From Mobula hypostoma (lineage: Eukaryota), in the NCBI RefSeq assembly GCF_963921235.1, contig NC_086097.1, forward strand, positions 33,234,001-33,298,000: 64,000 nt of DNA, written 5' to 3'. Numbering within the stretch: position 1 is the first letter of the stretch; every line of letters begins with the position of its first letter. Shown piece after piece: positions 1 through 12,633 of this stretch. The notes under the pieces were generated by a model. The model was not told the DNA's origin. It saw only the letters and a program-made list of their open reading frames with translations, and did no database searches. Position numbers and translations under genes: made by a program.

Positions 1-187
1 AAGGTTTGTTTTGGCTGCTTTGTCAGACTCTGGCTTAGAGTCTGTCTGCATAATGGCGAAAAACCTGTGTTGCTGCGGGAAGATTTTTGAATATCCGTCA
101 GTAGTGTCAATACTGCTGTCAGAGTCCAGCGTAGGGTGTGTCTCACCATCAAAATGCTCCTTACTGCCACTGGGCTCATTGTTCCTA
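1..187 (-). other. Possible coding exon of a host gene, running off the window start
   Basis: Non-repetitive. The minus frame is open from a CAGTAG (NAGNAG) acceptor at ~185-190 to base 1 (RNNEPSGSKEHFDGETHPTLDSDSSIDTTDGYSKIFPQQHRFFAIMQTDSKPESDKAAKTNL). Weak pyrimidine tract; no homologue recognised. Confidence 0.15.
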
Positions 188-339
188 CTGGGGCATTACA
201 GATGTTAAGGATGGCTGGTTTGTTCAAGTGAGCAGCCTTGTGTTTATTGTGAAAGTGTGTTTTAAATCCATGCCATGGCTTTATAGTGCAAGACATAAAA
301 ATTACAATAAAATTTAAATAGTACAGAAAGAGAACAAAG

Positions 340-650
340 CATCGATGGGTTCATGGGCCTTTCAGAAATCTGATGGCAGAGGGGATGAAGCTGTTCCTAA
401 AACATTGAGTGTGTGTCTTCAGGCTCCTGTACTTCCTCCTTGATGGTATTATTGAGAAGATGTTCTGTATGGTGAGTGTCCTCTATGATGGATGCTGCCT
501 TCTGAAGATCATAAAACATAGGAGCAGAGAATTCACTTGTGAAGATGTCCTCTGGTGGGAAGGCTAGTACCCATGATGGAGCTAGCTGAATCTTCAACCC
601 TCTGAAGCTTTTTACAATTCTTTGCAGGGGCCCCTCATATCAGACTGTAG
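340..650 (-). mobile_element. Rex1/Babar LINE 3' fragment
   Basis: Minus translation LQKAASIIED.HH, the Rex1/Babar C-terminal motif repeated many times in the window. Confidence 0.7.
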
Positions 651-689
651 GGTAAGATGGAGGGATAGCTATCTTCCCTTTAAATTCTC

Positions 690-773
690 AATCCTGAGGC
701 AGCATCTTGAACCGAAACATCAGTTGTCCATTTCCCTCCACAGATGCTGCCTGACCTGTTGAGTTCCTCCAGC
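690..773 (+). mobile_element. Decayed PLE terminal repeat with degenerate hammerhead
   Basis: cctgagg...ccgaaacatc followed by agatgctgcctgacctgttgagttcctccagc, matching the other PLE termini. Confidence 0.6.
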
Positions 774-867
774 CAGAGAAAACCTGCAGATGCTGGAATT
801 CAAAAGAATGCACACAAAATGCTGGAGGAACTCAGCAGACGAGGTAGCATGTATGGAAAAGAGTAAA

Positions 868-905
868 CAGTCAATGTTTCAGGCTGAGACCCTTCATCAG
901 GACTG
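868..905 (-). ncRNA. Minimal type I hammerhead ribozyme (PLE)
   Basis: Minus strand CAGUC CUGAUGA A GGGU CUCA GCCU GAAACAUU GACUG. Confidence 0.7.
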
Positions 906-2074
906 AAAAAAAGAGATTAGAATTCATAGTAAGAAGTTGGGAGGAGGAGAGGAGGAAGTACAAAGGAGTAGGTGATAGGTAAACCCAGGAGAGGGCGGGC
1001 AGTGAAGTAAAGAGCTGGGAAGTTGATGAAAGAAATTTAGGGTTGGAGAAGGGGAATCTGGTAGCAGAGGGCAGAAGGCCATGGTAGAAAGGGAAGGGGG
1101 AGGAGCACCAGAGGGAGGTGATGGACAGGTCAGGATATAAGGTGAGAGAGAGAAGTGGGAATGGGGAATGGTGAAGGAGAAGGGGGAGGCAGTTACCAGA
1201 AGTTCGAGAATTGATGTTCATTCCATCAGATTGGGGGCTACCCAGATGGAATATAAGATGTTGTTCCTCCATACTGAGTATGGCCTCATCACAGCAGTGG
1301 AGGAGGCCATGGACTGACATGTCAGAATGGGAATGAGAAGTAGAATTGAAATGTGTGGTCACCAGGAGATCCCGCTCTTTCTGGCAGACAGAGCATAGGT
1401 GGTTGGCAAAGCGGTCTCCCAATCTATGTTGGTTCTCACAGCTATACAAGAGGTCACACCGGGAGCATGAGTGCAGGAAGCAGTACCAATGCAGTTATTA
1501 ATGTAGCATAGGAAAAGTTGGTGAGTGATGCCGGTGTAGGCTTGGAACATAGACTGTAGCGTAGGCAGGCATAGCTGGGGTCAATGTGAGTTCCCCTGGC
1601 TACATCTTTTGTTTGAAGGAAGTGGAAGGAACCAAAGGAGAAATTATTGAGAGTGAGGACCGGTTCTACCAAACAGAAGAGAGTGGTGGTGGCGGGGAGC
1701 TGGTTGGGTCTGATGGCCAGAAAGAAATAGAGGCCTTTGAGACCTTCCTAATGGGGGGTGCAGGTGTATAGGGACTGGACATCTCAAGTGAAAATGAAAT
1801 GACAAGTCCAGGGAACTTGAAGTCACTGAAAAGAACAAGAGTGTGTGGAAGTGTCATGGATGTAGGTGGGAAGGGACTGAACCGTTGGGGGGGCGGGGAT
1901 GTATAACAGAGTCAAGGTATGCAGGTATAAGTTCAGTGGGTCAGTAGCAAGCAGAATCAAAAGGTCCACCTGGACAAAACAACAGGAATACTGCAGATGT
2001 TGGAAATTCAAGCAACACACATCAAAGTTGCTGGTGAACGCAGCAGGCCAGGCAGCATCTCTAGGAAGAGGTAC

Positions 2075-2110
2075 AGTCAACGTTTCAGGCCGAGACCCTT
2101 CATCAGGACT
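2075..2110 (-). ncRNA. Minimal type I hammerhead ribozyme, core intact
   Basis: AGUC CUGAUGA A GGGU CUCG GCCU GAAACGUU GACU. Confidence 0.75.
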
Positions 2111-2177
2111 AACTGAAGGAAGAGTTAGTAAGAGATTTGAAAGTGATTCAAATCTCTTACTAACTCTTCCTTCAGTT

Positions 2178-2213
2178 AGTCCTGACGAAGGGTCTTGGCC
2201 CAAAACGTCAACT
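2178..2213 (+). ncRNA. Hammerhead motif with G12>A, probably inactive
   Basis: AGUC CUGACGA A GGGU CUUG GCCC AAAACGUC AACU. Confidence 0.6.
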
Positions 2214-2398
2214 GTACCTCTTCCTAGAGATGCTGCCTGACCTGCTACGTTCACCAGCAACTTTTTATGTGTGTTCCCCCACCCCCCATCTATGGGTTTG
2301 ATAGTGAGGTTAGGGTTAGTGAGGAGAGAGTGGAGAGCAGTGTGTTCGGAAGGAGTGAGGTTAGAACTGGAGAGAGGAGTAGTAAAGTCAGTGGTTGA

Positions 2399-2812
2399 TG
2401 TCACCCGGTGCAGACATGGCCCAAGTGCGGAGTGAGAGACACAGAAGCAGGTTGATACTTTAATGCGAACAGTGTTAAAGGGAAAAGAAAACAATAAACA
2501 CTAGGCCAAACAGGGCTGTTAACTAAAACTCTCAAATGGAAAACGAAGCCTACACTGCTGTTGAAAAGAACAACTAAGAATAAAGCGAATGCCACTAATC
2601 TTCAGAGTCAGTTGACTCAACAGTCCAATTTCTCAGGCAAGACAGAATGCAAAACAGACATCGAAGCGTTGCTGTGTCTGAGTTTTGACAAATACTACGA
2701 CGGAATGAGTGGAGTTAAGTACGATCACAATGAAATAATAATTAGCTGATATATGCATATTCACGAGTGCAATTGCCGTATCTGCTGTGCTGCTGAATCC
2801 ATGGTTGTGACA
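2399..2812 (-). mobile_element. Solo LTR, 414 bp (Gypsy/BEL-like)
   Basis: TGTCAC...GTGACA termini and a perfect 5-bp TSD GTTGA (2394-2398, 2813-2817); interrupts PLE coding sequence. Strand inferred from a minus-strand ATTAAA. Confidence 0.85.
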
Positions 2813-3194
2813 GTTGATGTCTCATGAGCAGTTAGCAATGAAAAGATCCAGAACAGGCAGAAGACCAGAGTGGTGTGTCCAGGAAGAAGAGGAGGGTTGG
2901 AAATGGGAGAAGGGGTCATCGGTGCAGGCTGGAGTGTCCTTGCCAAAGAAATAGGCATGGAAACAGAGGTGGGGGAAGAAGAGCTCAGCATCATGGTGGT
3001 GCAGAACACACTGAGGTGTGGACACAGGGGGATGAAGGTGAGGCCCTTACTGGGGACAGAATGTTCTGCCCCAGAGAGGGGAAGGTCAGAGGGAATTCTG
3101 AAGAGCTGGCACAGATGAGAGTTGGGATCAGAGCGGGGAAGAGGGTTAGTAATGTCAGAGGAGAGGGGAGGGTTGGGGTGTTCAGGGACGGGTT

Positions 3195-3330
3195 TTGTTA
3201 TTGATGATCTTCTTTTTGCACTGTGAGGTGCATCGGGCAGCATTTTTGCTATTTCCTTAGCACTTGACTGTTTTTTACAAGACAGAGTTGTTAGCTCGAC
3301 ACTCAACCCAGCACGGATGGAAAGCATGCA
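3195..3330. repeat. Short unclassified insertion in the PLE, possibly a SINE or RTE-tail fragment
   Basis: Non-PLE sequence interrupting the PLE; contains gttgttagctcgacactcaacccagc. Confidence 0.3.
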
Positions 3331-4239
3331 GTAGACACTTTGAAGGGGTCTGGGTTATTGGAACCCACACAGAGAGCCAGTGGAGTTTGGGTCCTGAATC
3401 TGCTCAGATTGTTCGAACCGTTGAGGTCAGCAGCAGGGATTGTGGTCTGGGAACATCCGTGGTTACTGCCGTTGGAGATGGCAGGTTCTGTGGTCTGTAG
3501 ATGGGCGATCTTCTGATCCTTGCTGGATGTAGAACGGCAAAGAACCGGCAATTGAAAGCGTGGATCCAACAGACGATAAAGTATCAGACAGGTTCATTGC
3601 AGGCGGTGGATAGAAAATCCCAGAGTTGTGAAAGCAACTGGGATAGCGTCCCCAGGTATCTCCTATTGGCGAAAAGCATGGTGTATAGAACGCAGCAGGA
3701 GAAGTAATCGATTGAATGCAAGTGCCCGGGGTCTTCAGAGGGTCCGAATTGAGAAGTTTAAAAACTGATCTGGAAGCCATGTTGCACAAAATGGCGGCGC
3801 AGACAACATCCCAGGAAGGATACGTGGCTCTGGTACCAGGTCTGGGTGAGCACATGGTCGAAGAGTTGGAGGGCAGCAGAGATCACAGAGGGAGAGCAGT
3901 GAGAGAGGGTTTCACTGAACTCTCGTCGAAAGGAAGATTTGAACCTCTTCAGGGTAGACATCCCTGGAAGAGACTTCAGCTGTTCATTTTTCTTTGCAAG
4001 CAAGTTTCATAATTTTTGGATGCTTCATTTTGATTGCTGTTGTTATCTTACAGGCTGGGAAAACCACAGACCAGCTCTAGACCTTTGAATTTCCAGAATT
4101 ATTTTTAGATATCAATAGAAGTAAACACTTGACATTGCCCCATTAAGTGTGATTGGTGGATATCCATTATTCAATGTAAGCAGGATTCTAGCTATTGACT
4201 GGATTATCAGAGGTCTTCTCCTGTCATAGATTAGTATTA

Positions 4240-5094
4240 GGATGAAGACTGAGTAGAGGTTAGTGGAGGTGTGGATAGTGTGAGGGTTGTTGTAGGTTGC
4301 AATGGGACATTGATGGGATGCAAAGCTGGCTGAGAAGTGGCAGATGGAGTTCAACCCAGAGAAGTGTGAAGTGATTTATTTTGGAAGGTCAAAATTGAAG
4401 ACAGAATGCAGGGTTAATGGCAGGATTCTTAGCAGCGTTGAGGAACAAAGGGAGCTTGGAGTCCACGTCCATAGATCTCTTAAAGATGAAAAGGATGTTA
4501 AGAAGGTGTACTATGTTTTGGCCTTCATTAGATGAGGTATTGAGACCAAGAGCTATAAGATAATGTTGCAGCTCTATAAAACACTGATTAGACTGCACTT
4601 GGAGTATTGTGTTCATTTCTGGTTGCCTCATTATAGGAAGGATGTAGAAGCTTTAGAGAGGGTGAGGAGGAAATTTATCAGAATGCTGTCTGGGCTAGAG
4701 GGCATGTCTTATGATGATAGGTTGAGTGAGTTAGGGCTTTACTCTTTGGAGAAGAAGAGGATGAGAGGTGTATTGATAGAGTCCTACCAGATGTTAAGAT
4801 ACATATATCGAGTGGTTGGACAGGGACTTTTCCCAGGGTGGGAATGGCTAATATAAGGAGCATAATTTTAAGGTGATTAGAGGAAAGCATAGGGGAGGGT
4901 GAAACGCCCTGCAGGGGAGGTCATCGAGGCTGATATATTTGGGGCATTTAAGAAACTCTTAGGCTTATGGATGATAGACAATGGAAGGCTATCTGGGAGG
5001 GAAGTGTTAACTTGAGTGTAGAGTAGGTTAAAAGGTCAGCACAACATTGTGGACAGAAGTGCCTGTACGAAGCTGTATTGTTCTATATTCTATG
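4240..5094 (+). mobile_element. CR1 LINE 3' fragment
   Basis: WQMEFNPEKC and LYKTLIRLHLEYCVHFW motifs; ttctat tail. Confidence 0.9.
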
Positions 5095-5555
5095 AAACGT
5101 CAATGCCCCCGTTGATCTAGTGCTCAGCCTGGTCAGTGAGTTTTCATGTGAGAGGAAGTTTCTGCTTTCTCTTCACTTTGGATTTGACATGAGTTTCTTG
5201 AAAGGAATAGTGTGGTTTCATCTGGACCACACAACAATCTTTCCCTCCCCTGCCCTGCCCTGCGCTCCCCTCAACAGTTGATTGAATCCTGCTCCTGTCT
5301 CCAACTTCCACCGAGGGGAATGAGCAATGGGAATTCCTGAGCACTCCCTGCAGCCGGGGCCCATCATTCCTGGAATTCAGCTTATAAAAGCCATACGGAG
5401 GGGTAGGGCAAAGATTGAGTAAGACAGCAGAGCCTCCTGCCAGCTCAAGGTGTTTCACGGGATCATTATCAAGCAAAATCTAAACAACGGGGAGAATGGC
5501 CCTTTTCTGTGTTGTGCTTTTCCATGCTGTCCAACAGAATGTGAAACCATGCTGT

Positions 5556-5830
5556 AGAACAGAAAATGGTACAGAAACAACTACAGGTTCTTTGGTACAT
5601 GATGTGGGTGCCAGTCATAAATTAACTCTAACTGCCTGCATGTGACCCTGATCCCTCTACTCCCTCACTCCCATGTGCTGTCTAAATACATTTTAAAAAT
5701 GTTACTATCATATGTGTATCCACTAGCCCCTCTAGAAGACTGTTCCAGGCACCTAACACCCTGTGTAAAGAAAAAAACTTGCTTCATAAATCTCCTTTAA
5801 ACTTTCCCCCCTCACCTTAAAGCTATGCCT
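5556..5830 (-). mobile_element. CR1 3' end fragment
   Basis: Similar to the 3' ends of other CR1 copies in the window. Confidence 0.6.
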
Positions 5831-5886
5831 TGGAGTTACTAATTTGAATGAGGGAATGTTACAATACATGATGAAGTTCTTGGATA

Positions 5887-8725
5887 CATAGAAACATACA
5901 AAACCTACAGCACAATACAGGCCCTTCAGCCCACAAAGCTGTGCTGCACATGTCCTTACCTTAGAAATTACCTAGGGTTAACTATAGCCCTCTATTTTTC
6001 TAAGCTCCATGTACCTATCCAGGTGTCTCTCAAAAGACCCTATTTTATCTGCCTCCACCACCGTCACCGGCAGCCCATTCCATGCACTCACCATTCTCTG
6101 CGTAAAAAAACTTACCCCTGACATCTCCTCTGTACCTACTTCCAACCACCTTAAAACTGCCATCTAGTGCTAGCCACTTCAGCCCTGGGAAAAATCCTCT
6201 GACTATCCACATGATCAATGCCTCTCATCATCTTATACACCTCTATCAGGTCACCTCACATCCTCTGTCACTCCAAGAAGAAAAGGCCAAGGTCACTCAA
6301 CCTATTCTCATAAGGCATGCTCCCCAATCCAGGCAACATCCTTGTAAATCTCCTCTGCACCCTTTCTATGGTTTCCACATCCTTCCTGTAGTGAGACGAT
6401 CAGAACTGAGCACAGTACTCCAAGTGGGGTCTGACCAGGGTCCTATAGAGCTGCAACATTACCTCTCGGCTCCTAAACTCAATTCCACAATTGATAAAGG
6501 CCAATGCACCATATGCCGCCTTAACCACACAGCCAACCTGCGCAGCAGCTTTGAGTGTCCCAAGATCCCTCTGACCCTCCACACTGCCAAGAGTCTTACC
6601 ATTAATACTATATTCTGTCATCATATTTGACCTACCAAAATGAACCACCTCAAACTTATCTGGGTTGAACTTCATCTGCCACTTCTCAGCCCAGTTTTGC
6701 ATCCTATCAATGTCCCGCTATAACCTCTGACAGCTCTCCACACTATCCACAATACCCCCAACCTTTGTGTCATCAGCACATTTATTAACCCATCCCTCCA
6801 CTTCCTCATCCAGGCCATTTATAAAAATCACAAAGAGTAGGGGTCCCAGAACAGATGCCTGAGGCACACCACTGGTCACCAACCTTCATGCAGAATATGA
6901 CCCATCTACAACCACTCTTTACCTTATGTGGGCAAGCCAGTTCTGGATCAACAAAGCAATATCCCCTTGGAATCCTATGCCTCCTTACTTTCTCAATAAG
7001 CCTTGCATGGGGAACAGAATCAAATGCCTTGGTGAAACCCATATATACTACATCTTTTGCTCTACCTTCATCAATGTGTTTCGTCACATCCTTAAAAAAT
7101 TCAATCAGTTCATAAAGCATGACCTGCCTTTGACAAAGCCATGCTGACTATTCCTAATCATATTATGCCTCTCCAAATGTTCATAAATCCTGCCTCTCAG
7201 GATCTTCTCCATCAACTTACCGATCACTGAAGTAAGATGCACTGGACTATCTCAACTCCCTTTCTCGAATAAGGGAACAATATCCGCAACCCTCCAATCC
7301 TCCAGAACCTCTCCCATCCCCATTGATGATGCAAAAATCATCACCAGAGGCTCAGCAATCTCCTCCCTCGCCTCCCACAGTAGCCTGGGGTACATCTTGT
7401 CTGGTCCCGGTGACTTATCCAACTTGATGCTTTCCAAAAGCTCCAGCACATCCTCTTCCTTAATATCTACGTGCTCCAGCTTTTCAGTCCGCTGTAAGTC
7501 ATTCCTGCAATCGCCAAGGTCCTTTTCCTTAGTGAATACTGAAGCAAAGTATTCATTAAGTACCTTTGCTGTCTCCTCTGGTTCCATACACACTTTTCCA
7601 CTGTCACACTTGATTGGTCCTATTCTCTCACGTCTTATCCTCTTGCTCTTCACATACTTATAGAATGCCTTTGGGTTTTCCTTAATCCTGTCTGCCAAGA
7701 CCTTCTCATGGCCCTTCTGGTTCTCCTAATTTCATTCTTAAGCTCCGTCCTACTAGCGTTATAATCTTCTAGATCTCTGTCATTACCTAGTTTTTTGAAC
7801 CTTTCATAAGCTCTTCTTTTCTTCTTGACTAGATTTACAACAGCTTTGTACACCACTGTTCCTGTATCCTACCATCCTTCCCTGTCTCATTGGAACGTAC
7901 CTATGCAGAATTCCACATAAATATCCCCTGAACATTTGCCACAATTCTTCCGTACGTTTCCCTGAGAACATCTGTTTCCAGTGCTTCCAAGTTCCTGCTT
8001 GATAGCCTCATAATTCCCCTTACTCCAATTAAACGTTTTCCTAACTTGTCTGTTCCTGTCTCTCTCCAAAGCCATAGTAAAGGAGGTAGAATTGTGATCA
8101 CTATCTCCAAAATGCTCTCCCACTGAGAGACCTGACACCTGACCAGGTTCATTTCCCAATACCAGATAAAGTACTGCCTCTGCTGTTGTAGGCTTATCTA
8201 CATATTGTGTCAAGAAACCTTCCTGAACATACCTAACAAACTCCACCCCATCTAAACCCCTCACTGTAGGACGTGCCGATTGATATTTGAGAAATTAAAA
8301 TCTCCCACCACAACAACCCTGTTATTATTACACCTTTCCAGAATCTGTCTCCCTATCTGCTCCTCGATGTCCCTGTTGCTACTGGGTGGTCTATAAAAAA
8401 CACCCAGTAGAGTTATTGACTCTTTCCTCTTCCTAACTTCCACCCACAGACTCCGTTGACAATCCCTTCATGCCTTCCTCCTTTTCTGCAGCCGTGACAC
8501 TATCTCTGATCAGCAGTGCCACGCCCCCACCTCTTTTGCTTCCCTCCCTGTCCTTTCTGAAACATCTAAAGCCTGGCACTCGAAGTAAACATTCCTGTCC
8601 CTGAGCCATCCAAGTCTCTGTAATGGCCATAACATCATAGCTCCAAGTACTGATCCACGCTCTAAGCTCATCCACTTTGTTCATAGTACTTCTTGCATTA
8701 AAATAGACACATCTCAAACCATCAG
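5887..8725 (-). mobile_element. CR1 LINE covering most of ORF2 (APE endonuclease + RT), frameshifted
   Basis: CVYFNARS, AITETW, VVVGDFN, SDHN, KSPGPD, KAFDSVPH, LVRPHLEYCAQF; catagaaa tail. Confidence 0.95.
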
Positions 8726-8980
8726 ATTGATTGGTAGTCTTTATTAAAAATAATAATAACACTTCTACATCATCCTTCTGCATATTACAGTGGCTTAAAA
8801 CCAAAGTGGAGTAGTGCAGACATCCGGCCATTAGTTCCCTTAAAGATCATCATGTCAGTGCTGTTGCCTGGCTCATTATGTCACTACTATTCCTTGCTCT
8901 TTCCCCTAGCTTTCCAGGCTCTTTTCTCGCTCAATTACCATCCAATTGCCCTTTAAAGGTGTTAATGAATCTGCTGACAT

Positions 8981-9270
8981 GGGACAGCACCATAACGTAG
9001 TAGCTAGTGTAACAGCTTTACAACGCCAATGATCAGGGTTCAATTCCCAATGCTGTCTGAAAGGAGTTTGTATGTTTTCCCCATGATCATCCTCCTACAT
9101 TCCATAGATGTACGGTTAGGATTAGTAAGCTGTTAGCCTGCTATGTCGGCACCAGAAGCATGGTGACACTTACTGGCTGCCCCCAGCACATTCTCAGACT
9201 GTGTTGGTTGATGACGCAAAACCATTTAATTGTATGTTTCATTATACATGTGACAAATAAGGCTCATCTT
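8981..9270 (+). mobile_element. tRNA-derived SINE (V-SINE-like)
   Basis: B box gggttcaattccc, central ggagtttgtatgtt, and tail tacatgtgacaaataa. Confidence 0.75.
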
Positions 9271-9674
9271 TACACTTGCAGCATGTTGCAAATTTCAGAT
9301 CATAGTTATCAGCTGTGTGAAAATATTTTTCCCTTTTTGTCCCTTGTTCCTTTCACCTTCACTTGATAGCTGTGTCCTCCGGTCTTTGATTTTTCCCAAT
9401 TTAGCTGGGTCATAAAAACCAATAACTGTCTGTGCTGGAAATCGGAACTATAAACTAATAATGCCTGAAATGATTCTCAACAGGTCAGACGGCACCCCTG
9501 GGGAGAACATCTGCAAAACACGGTTTCTTCCTCCACAACTATTCCCACCTTTTTTCTGATTTTATTTCTGTCCAGATACTCTAGATTTCAACTAACCCAT
9601 CTATGGTCCAAGGAAAACAATCCTAGCTCTTCCTTTTTCTGACAGAAGTCAGTCATCCCCACAGCTATACTACT

Positions 9675-9985
9675 GCAGAGAGTTCTGGACGCAGTTCAGC
9701 ACATCACAAAAATCAGCCTCCCCTCCACTATGTCTGCACTTCTCACTGCCTCAGTAAAACAGCCAGTATTATCAAAGACCCCACCCACCCTAGTCATTCT
9801 CTCTTCTCCCCTCTTCAGTTTTTAGAAATTCAAAGTAAATTTATTAACAAAATACTCTGTGTATGTCGCTGTATACTACCTTGAGATTCATTTCCATGAG
9901 GCAGAAGATACAAAACCTGGAAGCACATACCACCAGGCTCAAGGATTGCTTCTATTCCACAATGGGCTGTGAGGCTTGAATAGGA
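9675..9985 (+). mobile_element. Rex1/Babar 3' fragment with a small internal insertion
   Basis: AASIIKDPTHP.HSLFSPL...GRRYK motif. Confidence 0.7.
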
Positions 9986-10429
9986 TATGCAAGTAGAAGA
10001 AGGAAGGCCAGGACTCAGATGTGAAAAGCAAACTGCTGTACTTGTCATCTCTTGTGTCTCTGAGGACCAGCAATGTACCCCTTGTCAACCTCTTGATCCA
10101 AGCTAGATGGCTGCTTGTTTCAGGGAGTTTGATCATCTCTGGTTCAGTAATACAGCTTGAGAGTTAAATTTTGCTGCTGTCTTCCACAAGAAATGACAAT
10201 TGACAAGCGAACAATGCCTCAAATGCAGCAGTGTTACATCATAATCTGACCACACAAGAGGCTAATGGTGAAAGCAGGTGGCCCTTTGGGGAATGTGATC
10301 CCCTCTCTCATAGTTTATTAGTGTAAGTGTATATTTCTTAACTCCACATATCTCACTAGTGAGGCTGCTTAATAGCACAGTGAGCACCTAGTTTAACTGA
10401 TGACCAAACAAATGCATGGCATTTAAGAT

Positions 10430-12625
10430 TTCAGAATCAGTTTTAATATCACGGGCATATGTCATGAAATTTTGTTGGTTTGTAGCAGCAGGACATTGTA
10501 AGTCATAATAATAAAAGCTATAAATTACAGTAAGTAGATATAAAAAATAAATTAAATAAGCAGTGCAAAAAGAGGAGAATAAATACTGAGGTAGTGTTCA
10601 TAGGGTCATTGTCCATTCAGAAATCTGATGTTGGAGGGGAAGAAACTGAACCTGAAATATTGAGCATGTGTCTTCAGGCTTCTGTACTTCCTCCTTGATG
10701 GTAGCCATGAGAAGAGGGCACGTCCTGCGTGATGGGGGTCCTTAATGATGGATGCTGCCTTTTGAAGGTCTCCTGGATGCTGGAGAAGATAGATAGATAG
10801 ATAGATATACTTTATTAATCCTGAGGGAAATTTGGTTTCGTTACAGCCGCACCAACCAAGAATAGAGTGTAAATATAGCAATACAAAAAACCCCAACAAT
10901 CGAACAACAAAATGCAAACTATGCCAGATGGAAAATAAGTCCAGGACCAGTCTATTGGCTCAGGGTGTCTGACCCTCCACGGGAGGAGCTGCAAGTTTGA
11001 TGGCCACAGGCAGGAACGACCTCCTGTGCCGCCAAGTGTTGTATCACGGTGGAATGTGGCCGAAGTCCAACAGTAAAAAGTTCAATATCCAGTCTGCAAA
11101 CACGTTCCTTGATCGTAATATACCCCAGATTGCACCATCCGTTGTTAGCCAGATCAGTAAGCACCCAACTCCTTCATGCTTACCGCTCTCGGTGCACTTC
11201 CGGTCAGCCGGAACGGTATTACCCACCGAACTCCTCTTCTCCAAAAGTCTCTGTTGTCTCAACCCGGTCCTCTTTCCTCGGCTTTGTGATCCCCCTCTGT
11301 GTGTATTCCTCCGGATTTCAGCAGGGGTGTCTGCCGTTCTGTTCGCTAAGCCGACCGGAATTTGCTGGTCCATGGAATACACAATGTGACCTTGCTTCTG
11401 TCCTGCGTGTCGGGATGTAACCATTTCCAGCGCTAAAGAAAATCCAAATAAAACTCTCTCTACCAGCATGTTAGAGAGGGTGCAGCTTCGACGTGTTACC
11501 GTGAGAAAAAAAAAACAAAAATAACGTAAATTAAAAAGTAAGAAGAAAGTAAAAGAATAGATTGGAATGACTGTACCAGGCTGCATGCATGACCGGCGCA
11601 TGCGCACTAAGACTAGTGCCCATAGTGGAGCTGAAAGTGTTTACAGCTTTCCGCAGCTTTTTCCAATCAGGTGCAGTGGCCCTTCATACCAGATGGTGAT
11701 GCAACCTGTTAGAATGCTCTCCACAGTACGTCTAGAGACATTTGCGAATGTCTTTGATGACATACCATTTCTCTTCAAACTCCTAATGAAATATAGCTGC
11801 TGTCATGTATTCTTCATGATTGCATCAATATGTTGGGCCCAGGATAGATTTCCAGGAACTTGCTCACCTTTTCCACTTATGATCCCTCGCTGAGGACTGG
11901 TGTGTGTATTCCCCCAATTTCCCCTTCCTGAAGTCCTCAATCAATTCCTTGGTATTACTGATGTTGAGTGCAAGGTTGTTGCTGCGATACCACTCAACCA
12001 GCTGATCTATCTCACTCCTGTACACGTCCTCATCACCGTCTGAAATTCTGCCAGCAATAGTTGGGTCATCAGCAGATAGATAGATGGAATTTGAGTTGTG
12101 CCTAAGCACACAATTGTGGGTATAGAAAAAGTAGAGCAGTGGGTTAAGCATGCATCCTTGAGGTACGACAGTGTTGATTGTCAGCGAGGAGGTGTTATTT
12201 CCAATTCACTCAGACTGTGGTTTCCTGGTGAGGAAGTCAAGGATCCAGTTGCAGAGGGAGGTACAGAAGCCCAGATGTTGGAGCTTGTTGATTGGAACTG
12301 AGGGTATGATTGTGTGCAACGCTAAGCTGTAGTCAATAAGCAGCAGCCTGATGTAGGTATTGCTATTGTCCAGATGATCCAAGGCCAAGTAGAGAGCCAG
12401 TGACATTGCATCTCATGTAGACATATTGCAGTGAATCCAGGTCCTTGCTTAGGCAGGAATTGATTCTAGTCCTGACCAACCACTCAAAGCATTTCATCAC
12501 AGTCCATGTGAGTGCTACTAGGCAATAGTTGATGAGGTAACTCACCCCTCTCTTATTAAGCACTGGAATGATTGTTGCCCTTTTGAAACGTGGGAACCTC
12601 TGCCTGCAGCAGTGAGAGATTGAGC
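10430..12625 (-). mobile_element. Rex1/Babar LINE (RT + 3' end) hosting a nested element
   Basis: [56 protein letters not shown]. Confidence 0.9.
10788..11610 (-). mobile_element. Internally deleted Rex1/Babar element (5' end joined to 3' end)
   Basis: (AGAT)n tail and 3' end shared with 63657-64000, fused to a CpG-rich leader and N-terminal remnant (IVYSMDQ...HRGG..RGK...VGN). Host sequence resumes on both sides. Confidence 0.7.
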
Positions 12626-12633
12626 ATGTCTTT

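Larger units (their letters stand above)
1977..2275. mobile_element. Fold-back PLE terminal-repeat insertion with ~128-bp arms
   Basis: 2014-2141 is a near-perfect reverse complement of 2147-2275, with a 5-nt loop (agtga); each arm has a hammerhead motif. Confidence 0.9.
776..4010 (-). mobile_element. Decayed near-full-length Penelope-like element, interrupted by younger insertions
   Basis: Minus-strand remnants in order: N-terminal HVSFLGCCL, SKGLTFIPL, PNLTIKP, RT (LTLNNFSF...YACL), GIY-YIG C-terminus (HFNSTSHS...EEQHLIFHLG), then a hammerhead-bearing terminal repeat. Confidence 0.85.

Noticed and set aside
1823..2494. 223-aa ORF and the recurring LVNAAGQAAS / RDAAWPAAF peptides
   Set aside because: Translations of the non-coding PLE terminal repeat and palindrome, not a protein family.
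8981..9055. tRNA gene
   Set aside because: Only degenerate A/B boxes forming a SINE head; no cloverleaf.
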